In this document: positions 9,905 through 20,374 of the stretch, in pieces
Numbering within the stretch: the first letter of the stretch is position 1
Layout: each line of letters starts with the position of its first letter
NCBI GenBank assembly: GCA_905479165.1
Contig: CAJQLK010000065.1
Span: 1 to 49,462 of the forward strand
Direction: 5' to 3'
Origin: an uncultured Flavobacteriales bacterium
GTDB taxonomy: Bacteria > Bacteroidota > Bacteroidia > Flavobacteriales > BACL11
Length of the DNA stretch: 49,462 nt
Translations under genes and position numbers: made by a program
Notes under the pieces: model-generated
What the model saw: only the letters and a program-made list of their open reading frames with translations
What the model was told of the DNA's origin: nothing
Database searches by the model: none

Positions 9905-10610
9905 AAGACTCTGGTATTTTAAATGGGAATATTTGCTGGCTATTAAATTCTATTTTAGAGTAATTTAAAGTTGCTTCAAAACTTTCTTTTGATTTTATTT
10001 TTAAGTTGAATTCTTTAGGAAAATTATTTTCATTAAAATCAGTAAATGAATAATCTATCTTGTTTTCATCTTCTACTAAACTAGCATTGAGTATTCTATA
10101 AAAAGTAGAAATAGTATAGTTAAAGTATTGAGAGTTTAAAGTGTAATTCTCATCTTTACTAAAACTATATTCTTCCTTTGCAATTCTAGTATTTGCAGTT
10201 ATCATTTCCTGAACTTCATCAAAATAAATTTCAGTTTTTAAATAATCCTTTATGCGTGAATATGATTTTATAAACCAAGTTTTATTAGTTCGATTGATAA
10301 AATAAATAGAGTCTGGAGTAAGTTGTGCTCTGAACACTTCAACACCAAAAGGAGCGCTGATATTAAGCCAAATAATACTGTCTTTTCTGTTTTTTACAGA
10401 AACATTAAGAGTTACATTTTGATCCTTATTTTTTAAATTAATTTTTCCTTTTAAGTACAGCCATTCAGGATAATTATTTTTTGCATTAACTCTAGCTATT
10501 AACTCTTTATCATTTTGAGGAGGAGCTGAAAAATTATCTTTATCAACCTTTTTTAACCCACAAGAATGAAGCAGTAAAGAAGTAATTAAAAGAGTGTAAA
10601 TCTTATTCAT
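9888..10610 (-). CDS. DUF4292-like lipoprotein
   Basis: 240 aa with lipobox LLLHSCG. Size and position (TPR protein upstream, M23 downstream, overlapping both) fit the DUF4292 family as I recall it. Confidence 0.5.
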   Translation of the reverse strand: MNKIYTLLITSLLLHSCGLKKVDKDNFSAPPQNDKELIARVNAKNNYPEWLYLKGKINLKNKDQNVTLNVSVKNRKDSIIWLNISAPFGVEVFRAQLTPDSIYFINRTNKTWFIKSYSRIKDYLKTEIYFDEVQEMITANTRIAKEEYSFSKDENYTLNSQYFNYTISTFYRILNASLVEDENKIDYSFTDFNENNFPKEFNLKIKSKESFEATLNYSKIEFNSQQIFPFKIPESYVEIK

Positions 10611-12345
10611 AGAGCTTTCCTTCTGTAATTTTTTTAACTAATTCTTTAGATCCATCACCTAATTCCTTAGCTCTTTTCCATTGCTCAATTGCCAACTTAA
10701 ATTCACCTAATTTGTAAAGAATATCACCATAATGTTCAACAACAACTGCATTTTTATCACCGCCATTTGTAAGCGATTTTTTCATCCATATTTTTGCATC
10801 TAAATAATCTCCCATCTCGTACAAAATCCAAGCGTATGTATCTTGATATGTTCCGTTATTTTGCTCTAATTCATTGCACTTAAATGACATTACTTTTGCT
10901 CTTTCAAGGTTTACTTTTCTAACAGAAAGATAATATGCGTAATTATTTAAGACCAATATATTATTAGAATCAATAGCTAATACTTTTTCATAAAACGCAT
11001 CTGACAATTTATGAGCTTTAGTTGCATGATAAGCATCAGCTAATGAAGAGTAAAATTCTAATAATAAATTTTGATTATCAATTACAAACTCAACTCCCAT
11101 TTCAAGTGAATTAATAGCTTCATCATAATTTTTAAATCTCTTATTAGAAACACCATTAAAGTAATAAAAAAGTGGATCTGTTGGAAAATACTCTAGAGCC
11201 TCTTTACTGCTTTTAAGCAATCCCTCAAAGTCATTTTGTTCTGCTTGAATAAATAAAACTTGACTCCATATCTGTGACTTACTTTTATCTATTTCTAATA
11301 TATATAAATATTGCTCTTTTGCTTCTTGAAACTGATTATCAGTATATAATATATCGGCATAAACAGATCTTGCTTTTATATCATTAGGGTGCGCAGAAAT
11401 CATAATTTCAGAAAGTTCATGAGCTTGTAAGCTCATCTGTGGATTGAGTGCTATTAATTGATAATAAGAACTCAAAATTCTAACCTTGGTATCAATATTT
11501 AACTTTGTACTTTTGAAAGCAAGTTTTAGCTCATTATAAGAAGTTTCATTTTCTCCATTTTCCCTGTAGTAATCAGCTAGGGTAAGGTGGATTCTTCCGT
11601 TTTCAGGTACTAAAACTGCAATCTTCTTAAATAGTTCAAAAGCCTTCTCTTTTTCATCATTAAGTAAATACAATTCAGATAAAATTTCCATTGCCTCAAT
11701 ATCATCAGGGAAAGCATTAAGTATCGATTGCAACTCCTTAATAGCTCCTTTCATATTGTTAAGTTTCCTATACAATTTATGTTTTTGCATAGAAATTAAT
11801 TTATCAACTCCCTTATGTTTTTCTAGCTCATCGTATACAGCAATTGCTTTCTCAAAATCATTTGCGTAAATATAGGTATCTGAAAGCATAAAATAAAACT
11901 CCTCATTGCCAGGCTCCAAAGCAATTAATTTCTTGTATTTTATTGCGGCATTTTTAAAATCTTGGTTTGAAAATAAAATCTCAGCATAAGCTATAACAAA
12001 CCATCTGTTATCTTTTTCAATTGCAACTGCCTTTTTAATCTGTTCAGTTGCTAAATCAAAATTTCCGTGCTCTTTATTGATAATTGCTGATTCATAAAAA
12101 GGAACTGCTTGGCTATCATCTAACTTTATACATTTTTGAAAAAACTTTAGTGCCTCCTCAAAATTCTCTAATGATTTTGCTTTTAAAGCATTAAACAAAT
12201 ATTGATTAAAAAGAAGGTTATCTTTTTCCTGATTCTGTTCTTTTACTACCTTTTTGCTTTCATTTGATTGAGGGTAATACGATTTCCATTGCGCAAAGGT
12301 TGGCGCACTAATCAAATAAAATAATATGAAAAAAAGATTTTTCAT
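10603..12345 (-). CDS. Tetratricopeptide-repeat protein (secreted or periplasmic)
   Basis: 580 aa with a signal peptide and many 34-aa TPR-like units (A..Y......A...Y.KAL..DP.N). Confidence 0.75.
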   Translation of the reverse strand: MKNLFFILFYLISAPTFAQWKSYYPQSNESKKVVKEQNQEKDNLLFNQYLFNALKAKSLENFEEALKFFQKCIKLDDSQAVPFYESAIINKEHGNFDLATEQIKKAVAIEKDNRWFVIAYAEILFSNQDFKNAAIKYKKLIALEPGNEEFYFMLSDTYIYANDFEKAIAVYDELEKHKGVDKLISMQKHKLYRKLNNMKGAIKELQSILNAFPDDIEAMEILSELYLLNDEKEKAFELFKKIAVLVPENGRIHLTLADYYRENGENETSYNELKLAFKSTKLNIDTKVRILSSYYQLIALNPQMSLQAHELSEIMISAHPNDIKARSVYADILYTDNQFQEAKEQYLYILEIDKSKSQIWSQVLFIQAEQNDFEGLLKSSKEALEYFPTDPLFYYFNGVSNKRFKNYDEAINSLEMGVEFVIDNQNLLLEFYSSLADAYHATKAHKLSDAFYEKVLAIDSNNILVLNNYAYYLSVRKVNLERAKVMSFKCNELEQNNGTYQDTYAWILYEMGDYLDAKIWMKKSLTNGGDKNAVVVEHYGDILYKLGEFKLAIEQWKRAKELGDGSKELVKKITEGKLYE

Positions 12346-12780
12346 CTACTTAACTCCAGTGCTTCCAAACCCTCCAGTCCCTCTTTCTGTTTCATCTAAA
12401 GTTTCCACTTCAAACCAATCAGCTTGTTCATGTTTTGCAATTACCATTTGCGCAATTCTTTCACCATCCTCAATTAAAAATTCTTCTGCTGATAAATTTA
12501 CTAGAATTACTCCAACTTCTCCTCTATAATCAGCATCAACTGTTCCAGGAGAATTTAAAACAGTAATTCCTTTTTTAAATGCCAAACCACTTCTTGGGCG
12601 AACTTGTGCTTCAAACCCTACAGGCAATTCCATAAAAATTCCTGTTTTAACAATTGTTCTTTCTAGTGGTTTTAAAGCTATTGACTCATCAATATTAGCT
12701 CTTAGATCCATTCCTGCTGATGCAATTGTTGAGTAATGAGGAAGGGAGTGTTTTGATTTATTTAAAACTTTTACTTTCAT
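12346..12780 (-). CDS. dut: dUTP diphosphatase
   Basis: 144 aa. Motifs AGMDLRA, PRSGLA and [15 protein letters not shown]. Confidence 0.92.
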   Translation of the reverse strand: MKVKVLNKSKHSLPHYSTIASAGMDLRANIDESIALKPLERTIVKTGIFMELPVGFEAQVRPRSGLAFKKGITVLNSPGTVDADYRGEVGVILVNLSAEEFLIEDGERIAQMVIAKHEQADWFEVETLDETERGTGGFGSTGVK

Positions 12781-14180
12781 GATTTTTGAATAGTTTTTGG
12801 TTTTTCTAAAAGATATACAAATATGATAAATCCAAGTAATAATAAGGAATTAAACAAAATGTTTTCTGGCACAAAATAGATAATGAAATAAATTCCTAAC
12901 ATATTAAAGAGGTAAAGGCCAATTCTCTCAACTTGATAAGGAATAGGGAAATGTTTCTTTCCAATATAATAAGAAGCAATAGTCATACTAAAATAACAAA
13001 TTAAGGTTGCCCATGCAGAGCCAACAAATCCAATTTTTGGAATTAAAACAAAGTTAAGAATAAGAGTTATTATCGCCCCAAAAAGAGAGAGATAAGCCCC
13101 ATACTTTGTTTTTTCAGTAAGCTTATACCAAATTGAAAGGTTATAATAAATTCCTAAAAACAGATTGGCTAATAACAAAATTGACACGACTAAAAAGCCT
13201 CTTTCATCATGATATTCACTTCCTAAAAACCCTTTTACAACATCATAAAAAATTGTGACACCTAAAAATATAACCGCCATAATGATGGTAAAATATTTCA
13301 TTACATCAGCATATACTGTTTTGCTATTAGTATTATTAGCTTGAGCAAAAAAGAATGGCTCTGCCGCAAATCTGAAAGTCTGAATAAACAAAGTCATTAG
13401 TATTGAAAGCTTATAAAAAGCACCATACAATCCCAATTCTGCTGCTGATATTTCAGGGTTAGGTAGTAAATGTTTTAATAGTATTCTATCAATTGTTTCG
13501 TTTGTAATTCCTGCTAATCCGGCAATTAAAAGAGGAAGTGCATATACCCTCATTTTATTCCAAAGTTTTTTATCAAACACCCAGACTGACTTTAGCATCT
13601 CAGGAAGTAGTAAAAGAATAGTTACTGCTGATGAAATAAGATTTGAGATAAAAATATATTCAATTCCAAATTCTTTGTAAACAATAAAATAAAGGTTAAA
13701 CCCAATATTTACAAAAATGTTAAGCAAGCGAATAGAGGCAAATCTTAATGCTTTATTTTGCTCCCTTAAACTTGCAAATGAAATGGAGGAAATTGCATCC
13801 AAAGCAACAATAATTGCAAACCATTCAATGTATTTGGTTTCGATTCCATAGCCCATTAAATTAGAAATTGAATCAGAAGATAAAAAAACTAACAAAACAA
13901 AAAGAGTAGAAGAAATTAGTAGGGATATTAAAGCGGTACTGTACACAACTTTTACATCATTTTCCTTTTTAGAAAATCTAAAAAAAGCAGTCTCAAAACC
14001 ATAAGTAAGTACAATTACCAAAAAGGCAACATAAGCATACATTTCGGTAACAACTCCATATTCTGATGGTAAAAAATAGCGTGTATAAAGGGGAACTAAA
14101 AGGTAATTTAAAAACCTTCCTATTACACTGCTCAAACCATAAACAGCAGTCTGACTTGCTAATTTTTTAAGTGGATTCAA
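12777..14180 (-). CDS. Polysaccharide biosynthesis / oligosaccharide flippase family membrane protein (MOP superfamily)
   Basis: 467 aa with about 12-14 hydrophobic helices. The N-terminus [28 protein letters not shown] is typical of Bacteroidota Wzx/MurJ-like proteins. Confidence 0.7.
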   Translation of the reverse strand: MNPLKKLASQTAVYGLSSVIGRFLNYLLVPLYTRYFLPSEYGVVTEMYAYVAFLVIVLTYGFETAFFRFSKKENDVKVVYSTALISLLISSTLFVLLVFLSSDSISNLMGYGIETKYIEWFAIIVALDAISSISFASLREQNKALRFASIRLLNIFVNIGFNLYFIVYKEFGIEYIFISNLISSAVTILLLLPEMLKSVWVFDKKLWNKMRVYALPLLIAGLAGITNETIDRILLKHLLPNPEISAAELGLYGAFYKLSILMTLFIQTFRFAAEPFFFAQANNTNSKTVYADVMKYFTIIMAVIFLGVTIFYDVVKGFLGSEYHDERGFLVVSILLLANLFLGIYYNLSIWYKLTEKTKYGAYLSLFGAIITLILNFVLIPKIGFVGSAWATLICYFSMTIASYYIGKKHFPIPYQVERIGLYLFNMLGIYFIIYFVPENILFNSLLLLGFIIFVYLLEKPKTIQKS

Positions 14181-14954
14181 TTAAAAGTTTGCTTTTCTTT
14201 TTTCCATAAATGCAGTAGTTCCTTCAATAAACTCAGGAGTCCCAAAACAGTTTCCAAATTCTATTTTCTCTACTTCAAAACCGTTAGCTCCATAAATAAA
14301 ACCAGCATTAACTGACTTTATTGCCTTGGCGATTGCGTTAGGTGAATTTCTTTTAATTTTTGAAGCAATCTTTTCTGTAAAGGAAATCAACTCTTCCTGC
14401 TCACAAATATGATTTACCAAACCCCATTGTTTCGCATCTTCAGCAGATAACATTCCTGCAGTAGTAATCATTTCCATTGCCTTTCCTTTTCCGACAAGGC
14501 TGGCTAGCCTTTGAGTTCCTCCATAACCTGGAATTACCCCTAAAGAAACTTCTGGCAGTCCCATTTTAGAATTTGTTGATGCAATACGCATATGGCATGA
14601 CATAGCAAGTTCTAATCCTCCTCCTAAAGCAAATCCATTAATAGCTGCTATTGAAGGTGTTCCAATATTTTCTAATAAGTCAAACAATAATTCCTGGCCT
14701 TTTCTAGCTAAAGCCTCCCCTTCAGAAGTATTGAAAGAAGCAAATTCTTTAATATCAGCGCCAGCCACAAAAGCTTTTTTACCCGCTCCAGTTAAGATGA
14801 TACATCTAACTTCTTTATCTGTATCTGCAGTAATAATCGCTTTATTCAGCTCAGAAATAGTTGATGCATTTAAAGAATTAAGTTGTTTTGGGCGATTGAT
14901 TGTAAGGTAACAAATACCATCCTTATGCTCACTTAATATATTTTGATAATCCAT
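14181..14954 (-). CDS. Enoyl-CoA hydratase/isomerase family protein
   Basis: 257 aa. Crotonase signature AAINGFALGGGLELAMSCH and FVAGADIKEF. Confidence 0.85.
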   Translation of the reverse strand: MDYQNILSEHKDGICYLTINRPKQLNSLNASTISELNKAIITADTDKEVRCIILTGAGKKAFVAGADIKEFASFNTSEGEALARKGQELLFDLLENIGTPSIAAINGFALGGGLELAMSCHMRIASTNSKMGLPEVSLGVIPGYGGTQRLASLVGKGKAMEMITTAGMLSAEDAKQWGLVNHICEQEELISFTEKIASKIKRNSPNAIAKAIKSVNAGFIYGANGFEVEKIEFGNCFGTPEFIEGTTAFMEKRKANF

Positions 14955-14999
14955 TGTAATTGTTTTTTACAAATATAGAACAATCCGACTACCTTTAAC

Positions 15000-15031
15000 A
15001 AAAAAACCCTCTTCCTAAAAAGAGGGTTTTT
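15000..15031 (-). terminator. Intrinsic (bidirectional-type) terminator after atpG
   Basis: A7-CCCTCTT-cctaaa-AAGAGGG-T5: a 7-bp GC-rich stem (15007-15013 / 15020-15026) flanked by an A-run and a T-run, in the 99-bp spacer between atpG and the enoyl-CoA hydratase gene. Confidence 0.6.
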
Positions 15032-15053
15032 AACAATAATATTAAATTATTAT

Positions 15054-15917
15054 TTACCCGTTTAAAGCCTCAGCTCCTCCTACAATTTCCAGAATTTCTC
15101 CAGTAATTGCTGCTTGACGTGCTTTATTATATGTTAATGTAAGGTCTTTTTTTAATTCACTAGCATTATCAGTTGCTTTATGCATGGCAGTCATTCTTGC
15201 TCCATGTTCAGCAGCATGAGAATCTAAAATTGCTTTAAATAATTGAGTTTTTAACGATTTAGGAATCAATTCCTCAACAATTTCTTTTTTACCAGGTTCG
15301 AATATATAATCTCCAATCTGCTCTCCTTGATTAGCGGTGGTTTTAATTGGTAAATAATTTTCATTCATGATAATTTGAGTTGCAGCATTTTTAAACTGGT
15401 TATAAACCAGTACTACTTTATCATAATTTCCATCAACAAATTGCTGCATAATATCATCTGCAACATTAGACACATTTTCAAATGTTAAGTCATTAAACAA
15501 AGCATCATGAGTAGAGGCAACATTAAAATCATTTTTAGTAAAATGCTCTGATGATTTCTTACCAATAGATAAAATCTCAACATTAACATTTTCAAACTCA
15601 TCATTCATTAAAGCTTTTGCGCTTTTAATAATGTACGAATTGAACCCTCCACAAAGGCCTCTATTAGATGTAATTGTAACTAAAAGGACATTTTTTATAG
15701 CTCTTTCTTTTGAATAAGTTCCTCCATCATCAGCATCTAAACTTGCACTTAAATTCTCTAGTAATTCTGTCAACTTATTGGCGTAAGGTCTCATTTGAGT
15801 AATAGCATCTTGAGCTCTTTTAAGTTTAGCAGCAGATACCATTTTCATAGCAGAAGTAATCTGCATAGTTGACCCAACAGATGTAATTCTTGACCTTATT
15901 TCTTTTAAGTTAGCCAT
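15054..15917 (-). CDS. atpG: F0F1 ATP synthase subunit gamma
   Basis: 287 aa. MANLKEIRSRITSVGSTMQITSAMKMVSAAKL N-terminus and ITGEILEIVGGAEAL C-terminus. Confidence 0.92.
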   Translation of the reverse strand: MANLKEIRSRITSVGSTMQITSAMKMVSAAKLKRAQDAITQMRPYANKLTELLENLSASLDADDGGTYSKERAIKNVLLVTITSNRGLCGGFNSYIIKSAKALMNDEFENVNVEILSIGKKSSEHFTKNDFNVASTHDALFNDLTFENVSNVADDIMQQFVDGNYDKVVLVYNQFKNAATQIIMNENYLPIKTTANQGEQIGDYIFEPGKKEIVEELIPKSLKTQLFKAILDSHAAEHGARMTAMHKATDNASELKKDLTLTYNKARQAAITGEILEIVGGAEALNG

Positions 15918-15920
15918 TTT

Positions 15921-17501
15921 TTATTTTACGTATTTTGATGATAAATCAGCAGCTACAGACTCTAAAGTTGATTTTATTTCATCAGTTAATTTTCCTGAAG
16001 CTAAAGCATCAAGAGTGTCTTGGTGTTTAGAATGTAGGAAAGAAATATACTCCGTTTCAAATTCTTTAATTTTATTAACAGGAACATCCATTAATAAACC
16101 ATTTGTACCACAGAAAATAATAGCAGCTTGCTCTTCAACTCTTAAAGGAGAATACTGTCCTTGCTTTAAAATTTCAACATTACGCTTGCCTTTTTCAATA
16201 ACAGCATTAGTTGCCGCATCTAAATCAGAACCAAACTTAGCAAAAGCCTCTAGCTCCCTATACTGTGCTTGATCCAACTTTAAAGTTCCTGAAATCTTTT
16301 TCATTGACTTAATCTGTGCAGCACCCCCAACTCTTGATACCGAAATACCAACATTAATTGCAGGACGAACGCCTGATAAGAAAAGATTAGATTCTAAGAA
16401 AATCTGACCGTCAGTAATAGATATTACATTAGTCGGAATATAAGCAGATACATCACCTGCTTGAGTTTCAATAATTGGTAAGGCTGTTAACGAACCGCCA
16501 CCCTTTACAATTCCTTTTAAAGAATCAGGTAAATCATTCATTTGAGCAGCAATAGTATCATCATTAATTACTTTTGCAGCACGCTCCAACAGCCTGGAAT
16601 GTAAGTAAAATACGTCTCCTGGGTAAGCCTCACGCCCTGGAGGTCTTCTTAATAATAAAGATACCTCACGGTAAGCAACAGCTTGTTTTGATAAATCATC
16701 AAAAACAATAAGTGCAGGTCGACCAGTATCTCTAAAGAATTCACCAATTGCAGCACCTGCTAATGGAGCATAAACTTGCATAGGAGCAGGATCAGCAGCA
16801 CTTGCAGAAACAATAACAGTATAAGGCAATGCTCCGGCTTTTTCTAAAGTATCAACTAAAGCAGCAATAGTAGAGGCTTTTTGCCCAATAGCTACATAGA
16901 TACAAAAAACAGGCTCACCTTTTTCATAAAATTCTTTTTGATTGATAATAGTATCAACAGCTACTGCAGTTTTTCCAGTTTGTCTATCTCCAATTATTAA
17001 CTCTCTTTGCCCTCTTCCTACGGGAATCATAGCATCAACTGCCTTCAATCCTGTTTGTAAAGGCTCATCAACAGGTTGACGATAAATTACTCCTGGAGCT
17101 TTTCTTTCAATAGGCATTTCGTAAGTTTCTCCTGTAATAGGTCCTTTTCCATCAATAGGATTCCCCATACCATCAACAACCCTACCTAACATTCCTTCAC
17201 CTACCTTTAGTGAAGCAATTTTCTTAGTTCTTTTTACAGTATCTCCTTCTTTAATTCCTTTTGAAGGCCCTAATAATACCGCCCCAACATTATCTTCTTC
17301 AAGATTTAAAACGATTGCTTGGATTCCATTGTCAAATTCAACTAATTCACCAGATTGAACATTTGAAAGCCCGTAAATACGAGCAATACCATCTCCAACT
17401 TGTAAAACAGTACCTACTTCTTGTAGTTCTGTCTCAGATTTAAATCCTGATAATTGTTGTCTTAAAATTGCTGATACCTCAGCTGGTTTTACTTCTGCCA
17501 T
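15921..17501 (-). CDS. atpA: F0F1 ATP synthase subunit alpha
   Basis: 526 aa. Walker A GDRQTGKT, full-length alpha subunit. Confidence 0.97.
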   Translation of the reverse strand: MAEVKPAEVSAILRQQLSGFKSETELQEVGTVLQVGDGIARIYGLSNVQSGELVEFDNGIQAIVLNLEEDNVGAVLLGPSKGIKEGDTVKRTKKIASLKVGEGMLGRVVDGMGNPIDGKGPITGETYEMPIERKAPGVIYRQPVDEPLQTGLKAVDAMIPVGRGQRELIIGDRQTGKTAVAVDTIINQKEFYEKGEPVFCIYVAIGQKASTIAALVDTLEKAGALPYTVIVSASAADPAPMQVYAPLAGAAIGEFFRDTGRPALIVFDDLSKQAVAYREVSLLLRRPPGREAYPGDVFYLHSRLLERAAKVINDDTIAAQMNDLPDSLKGIVKGGGSLTALPIIETQAGDVSAYIPTNVISITDGQIFLESNLFLSGVRPAINVGISVSRVGGAAQIKSMKKISGTLKLDQAQYRELEAFAKFGSDLDAATNAVIEKGKRNVEILKQGQYSPLRVEEQAAIIFCGTNGLLMDVPVNKIKEFETEYISFLHSKHQDTLDALASGKLTDEIKSTLESVAADLSSKYVK

Positions 17502-17514
17502 TTTTTTGTTTTTT

Positions 17515-18072
17515 TTAGAAGTCCTGTAAATACAGGTTTTTGTTAAACATTTGTCTTAATTCAGAGAGTTCGCTAGACACACTTGCATCTAATTGCTTGT
17601 CTCCCATACGGATGATTGCTCCTCCAATTATATTTTCGTCAACTACTTCAGTTAATTCTACACTTTTATCACCACCTTCTTTAATGTACTTAATAACATC
17701 TAGCTTTAAGCTCTCTGTTAAAGGAACGGCAGTAGTAACAGATGCCGATTCAATATTATTATGCGCTTTATATAAACTTATAAAACTCTTAGCAATTGCT
17801 GATAGAAGTGACTCTCTCTTTTTTGTTGTAATGATATTAACAAACATCATGCTTAATTTACCTAATTTACCCTCAAAAATCTCATCAAGAATTCTTAATT
17901 TATGGTGAGTTTTAACGATAGGGCTTTTAAGTAATAATGCTAAATCTTTACTCTCAACACAAATTGCATCAATCATTAACATGTCATTATATGATTGGTC
18001 CAATGAGTTTTGCTCAATTGACAATTGCAATAAAGCTTTTGCGTATCTTATAGTTACTCTTGATTGCTTCAT
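17515..18072 (-). CDS. atpH: F0F1 ATP synthase subunit delta (OSCP)
   Basis: 185 aa. Position between atpF and atpA, with an OSCP-like pattern (RYAKALL ... [16 protein letters not shown]). Confidence 0.85.
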   Translation of the reverse strand: MKQSRVTIRYAKALLQLSIEQNSLDQSYNDMLMIDAICVESKDLALLLKSPIVKTHHKLRILDEIFEGKLGKLSMMFVNIITTKKRESLLSAIAKSFISLYKAHNNIESASVTTAVPLTESLKLDVIKYIKEGGDKSVELTEVVDENIIGGAIIRMGDKQLDASVSSELSELRQMFNKNLYLQDF

Positions 18073-18079
18073 TGTTTTA

Positions 18080-18580
18080 TTAGTTAAGTTCTGATTCTTT
18101 TAAAGCATTAGAAACTAAAGCTTCTTGCTTAGCTTTATCAGCTAATTCAGATCTTAATACTTTTTCTGCTATGTCAATTGAAAGCTCAGCAACAGAGTTT
18201 TTCAATTCAGTAATTGCTTTTAACTTTTCATTATTGATTTGATCCTTAGCGGTAGTTAAGATTTTATCAGCTTCAGTATTTGCTAATTCTTTTGCATCAT
18301 TAACAATTGCGTCTTTAATTTCTCTTGCTTCTTTTAATAAAGCATCTCTTTCAATTCTTGCTTCGGCTAAAATTCTTTCATTATCAGCATTTAGGTTTTC
18401 TAATTCAGATTTTGCTTTTTCAGCAGAATCAAGTGCGCTTCTTATTCCTTCTTCTCTTTCCTCAACAGCCATTAAGATTGGTCCCCATGCAAATTTCTTG
18501 AGCAAAAGAATTAATGCAATAAAAAGTAAAGATTGCCAAAAAAACAATCCTACTGAAAAGTCGTTTATTAATTTCTCCAT
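18080..18580 (-). CDS. atpF: F0F1 ATP synthase subunit b
   Basis: 166 aa. One N-terminal TM helix, then a long charged helix. Operon position supports the call. Confidence 0.85.
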   Translation of the reverse strand: MEKLINDFSVGLFFWQSLLFIALILLLKKFAWGPILMAVEEREEGIRSALDSAEKAKSELENLNADNERILAEARIERDALLKEAREIKDAIVNDAKELANTEADKILTTAKDQINNEKLKAITELKNSVAELSIDIAEKVLRSELADKAKQEALVSNALKESELN

Positions 18581-18612
18581 TTTTGTTTTGTTTCTGTTTA
18601 ATTTTTAAAATA

Positions 18613-18649
18613 TAATCAAAACTACAAGCAACCCTTGTAGTTTTGATTA
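18613..18649 (-). promoter_or_regulatory. Perfect 15-16 bp stem-loop in the atpE-atpF spacer (candidate RNA stabiliser or attenuator)
   Basis: Plus strand: (T)AATCAAAACTACAAG caacc CTTGTAGTTTTGATT(A). Arms are 18614-18628 / 18634-18648, with a 5-nt loop. Confidence 0.6.
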
Positions 18650-18660
18650 ATTGGTTTGCT

Positions 18661-18852
18661 TTACAGCGCAAATAAAGCCGCAAAACCAATACCCTCAATA
18701 AGTGCGGCTGCAATAAGCATCACAGTTTGTATTTTACCAGTAAGTTCTGGTTGTCTCGCCATTGCTTCTAATGCCGAGCCACCAATTCTACCAATACCAA
18801 TACCTGCTCCGATTACAACTAAACCTCCACCTACAATTGCTGGAATTTCCAT
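18661..18852 (-). CDS. atpE: F0F1 ATP synthase subunit c
   Basis: 63 aa. Two TM helices with the loop AMARQPE. Confidence 0.92.
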   Translation of the reverse strand: MEIPAIVGGGLVVIGAGIGIGRIGGSALEAMARQPELTGKIQTVMLIAAALIEGIGFAALFAL

Positions 18853-18898
18853 AATTAATTAATTTAAATTAAACACTCTAGTTAATATTTTATATTTT

Positions 18899-19903
18899 TT
18901 ATTCATGATGATAATCTTCTACTGCTGCACCAAAATAAAGTGCAGATAACATGGTAAATATATATGCTTGTAAGGCTGCTACTAACAGCTCTAATAATGA
19001 TAATGCAAATGCCAATCCAAATGACAAAGAACTTCCAACCCATCCTTTGAAAATAAATATCATTCCTAAAATACTCATCAACACAACATGTCCAGCAGTA
19101 ATGTTCGCATATAAACGAATCATTAAAGAAAATGGCTTAATAATTGTGCCTAATAACTCGATAGGAGCTAAAATAAATTTCATTGGAACTGGCACTCCTG
19201 GCATCCAAAAGATATGCCCCCAGTAACTCTTGTTAGCAGAAACTGTCGTTAACACATAAGTAATCAATGCCAAAGAAAAGGTTACCGCAATATTGTTAGT
19301 TACATTTACTCCCAATGGAGTTAATCCAAATAAGTTAATAATCCAAATAAAGAAAAATACCGTAAGCAAGTAACTCATATATTTTTTATAGTGCTTCTCT
19401 CCAATATTAGGAATAGCAATATCGTCTCTTATATACAGGACTATTGGCTCTAACAGCCTGCCCATGCCGCTTGGCAAGGCATTCTTTTTGTATGATTTTG
19501 CCATTCTTGTAAACATGACTAACATTATTAAAAAAACAATCATAATGAACGTTACATTCTTAGTAATAGAAAAATCGACAGGATGCAATCCGCTTGCCTC
19601 AACAATATGCCCATGGTCTAATGAATAGGTTCTGCCGTTTACCGTATGAGATGTTGTTCCATGATGAAAATTAGCAGAAGAAAAAATATCTAAATTACCA
19701 TCTGTATACAAAATTATAGGTAGTGGAAATGAAAGGTCATGTGTTAAAACAAAATCATGAGAATCCATTAAGTGATGCGCAATTGTTTCTTTTATCTCAG
19801 TTTTGATGTCTTTATCGCCATCACTCATATGCTGTTCAGCTAAAACATTAAGGCTTGAAAAAACCGAAATTACTATGGTGAAAATTATTGTTTTTATGTT
19901 CAT
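18899..19903 (-). CDS. atpB: F0F1 ATP synthase subunit a (with a Bacteroidota-type N-terminal extension)
   Basis: 334 aa. The essential Arg motif is present (MIRLYANITAGH). The ~100-aa His-rich N-terminal extension begins with a signal-like segment. Confidence 0.9.
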   Translation of the reverse strand: MNIKTIIFTIVISVFSSLNVLAEQHMSDGDKDIKTEIKETIAHHLMDSHDFVLTHDLSFPLPIILYTDGNLDIFSSANFHHGTTSHTVNGRTYSLDHGHIVEASGLHPVDFSITKNVTFIMIVFLIMLVMFTRMAKSYKKNALPSGMGRLLEPIVLYIRDDIAIPNIGEKHYKKYMSYLLTVFFFIWIINLFGLTPLGVNVTNNIAVTFSLALITYVLTTVSANKSYWGHIFWMPGVPVPMKFILAPIELLGTIIKPFSLMIRLYANITAGHVVLMSILGMIFIFKGWVGSSLSFGLAFALSLLELLVAALQAYIFTMLSALYFGAAVEDYHHE

Positions 19904-19939
19904 CTTACAGGACTATATTTGTCTTTTTAAAAATCGGTG

Positions 19940-19947
19940 CAAAAATA
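19940..19947 (-). promoter_or_regulatory. Candidate -7 box (TATTTTTG) upstream of atpB
   Basis: The minus strand reads CTATTTTTGCACC, matching TAnnTTTG, 36 nt upstream of the atpB ATG in a 102-bp spacer. Confidence 0.3.
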
Positions 19948-20005
19948 GATATTTATGTTAATCTAACTGTTTTTTTTAAAGTAATTTTATTCTATTCCAA
20001 ATAAT

Positions 20006-20374
20006 TTATTTCTTAGGTGTATTTAAAAGTGAAATTAACGATTTTGTTTCTACAAATAAAGACAGTAAATACGGGATGAAGAAAGATAGAAACTCTGCTT
20101 TAGAAACAATATTGTTCTCTTTAAAAATTGGTAACACAATTTTAAAAAAAACAATGAATTTTATAAGGGTGCCTGCTAAAAAATAGAATCCCAAATATTC
20201 TTTTTGTTTATCTCTTAATAAAAAAACCAGCCAATAAACAAAACAAGCAACTGATAAATTGAGAGCGTATAATAACATTAAGTGATCAAAACTTACAATA
20301 TAATCGTGAATAAAATATGATCCCCCTAAGACAATAAAAAGATAAAAGTGAAAACTTATCAGTTGTTTATTCAT
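20006..20374 (-). CDS. Small 4-TM membrane protein of unknown function in the atp leader region
   Basis: 122 aa with four hydrophobic segments. Its start overlaps the AtpZ-like stop (ATGAATAA, 20367-20374). I recognise no catalytic motif. Confidence 0.5.
   Translation of the reverse strand: MNKQLISFHFYLFIVLGGSYFIHDYIVSFDHLMLLYALNLSVACFVYWLVFLLRDKQKEYLGFYFLAGTLIKFIVFFKIVLPIFKENNIVSKAEFLSFFIPYLLSLFVETKSLISLLNTPKK

Noticed and set aside
18462-18862. ORFs 18462-18713 (-) and 18656-18862 (+) around atpE and atpF
   Set aside because: The first runs through the atpE-atpF spacer hairpin and overlaps atpF out of frame. The second is the antisense of atpE. The real genes there are atpF and atpE.
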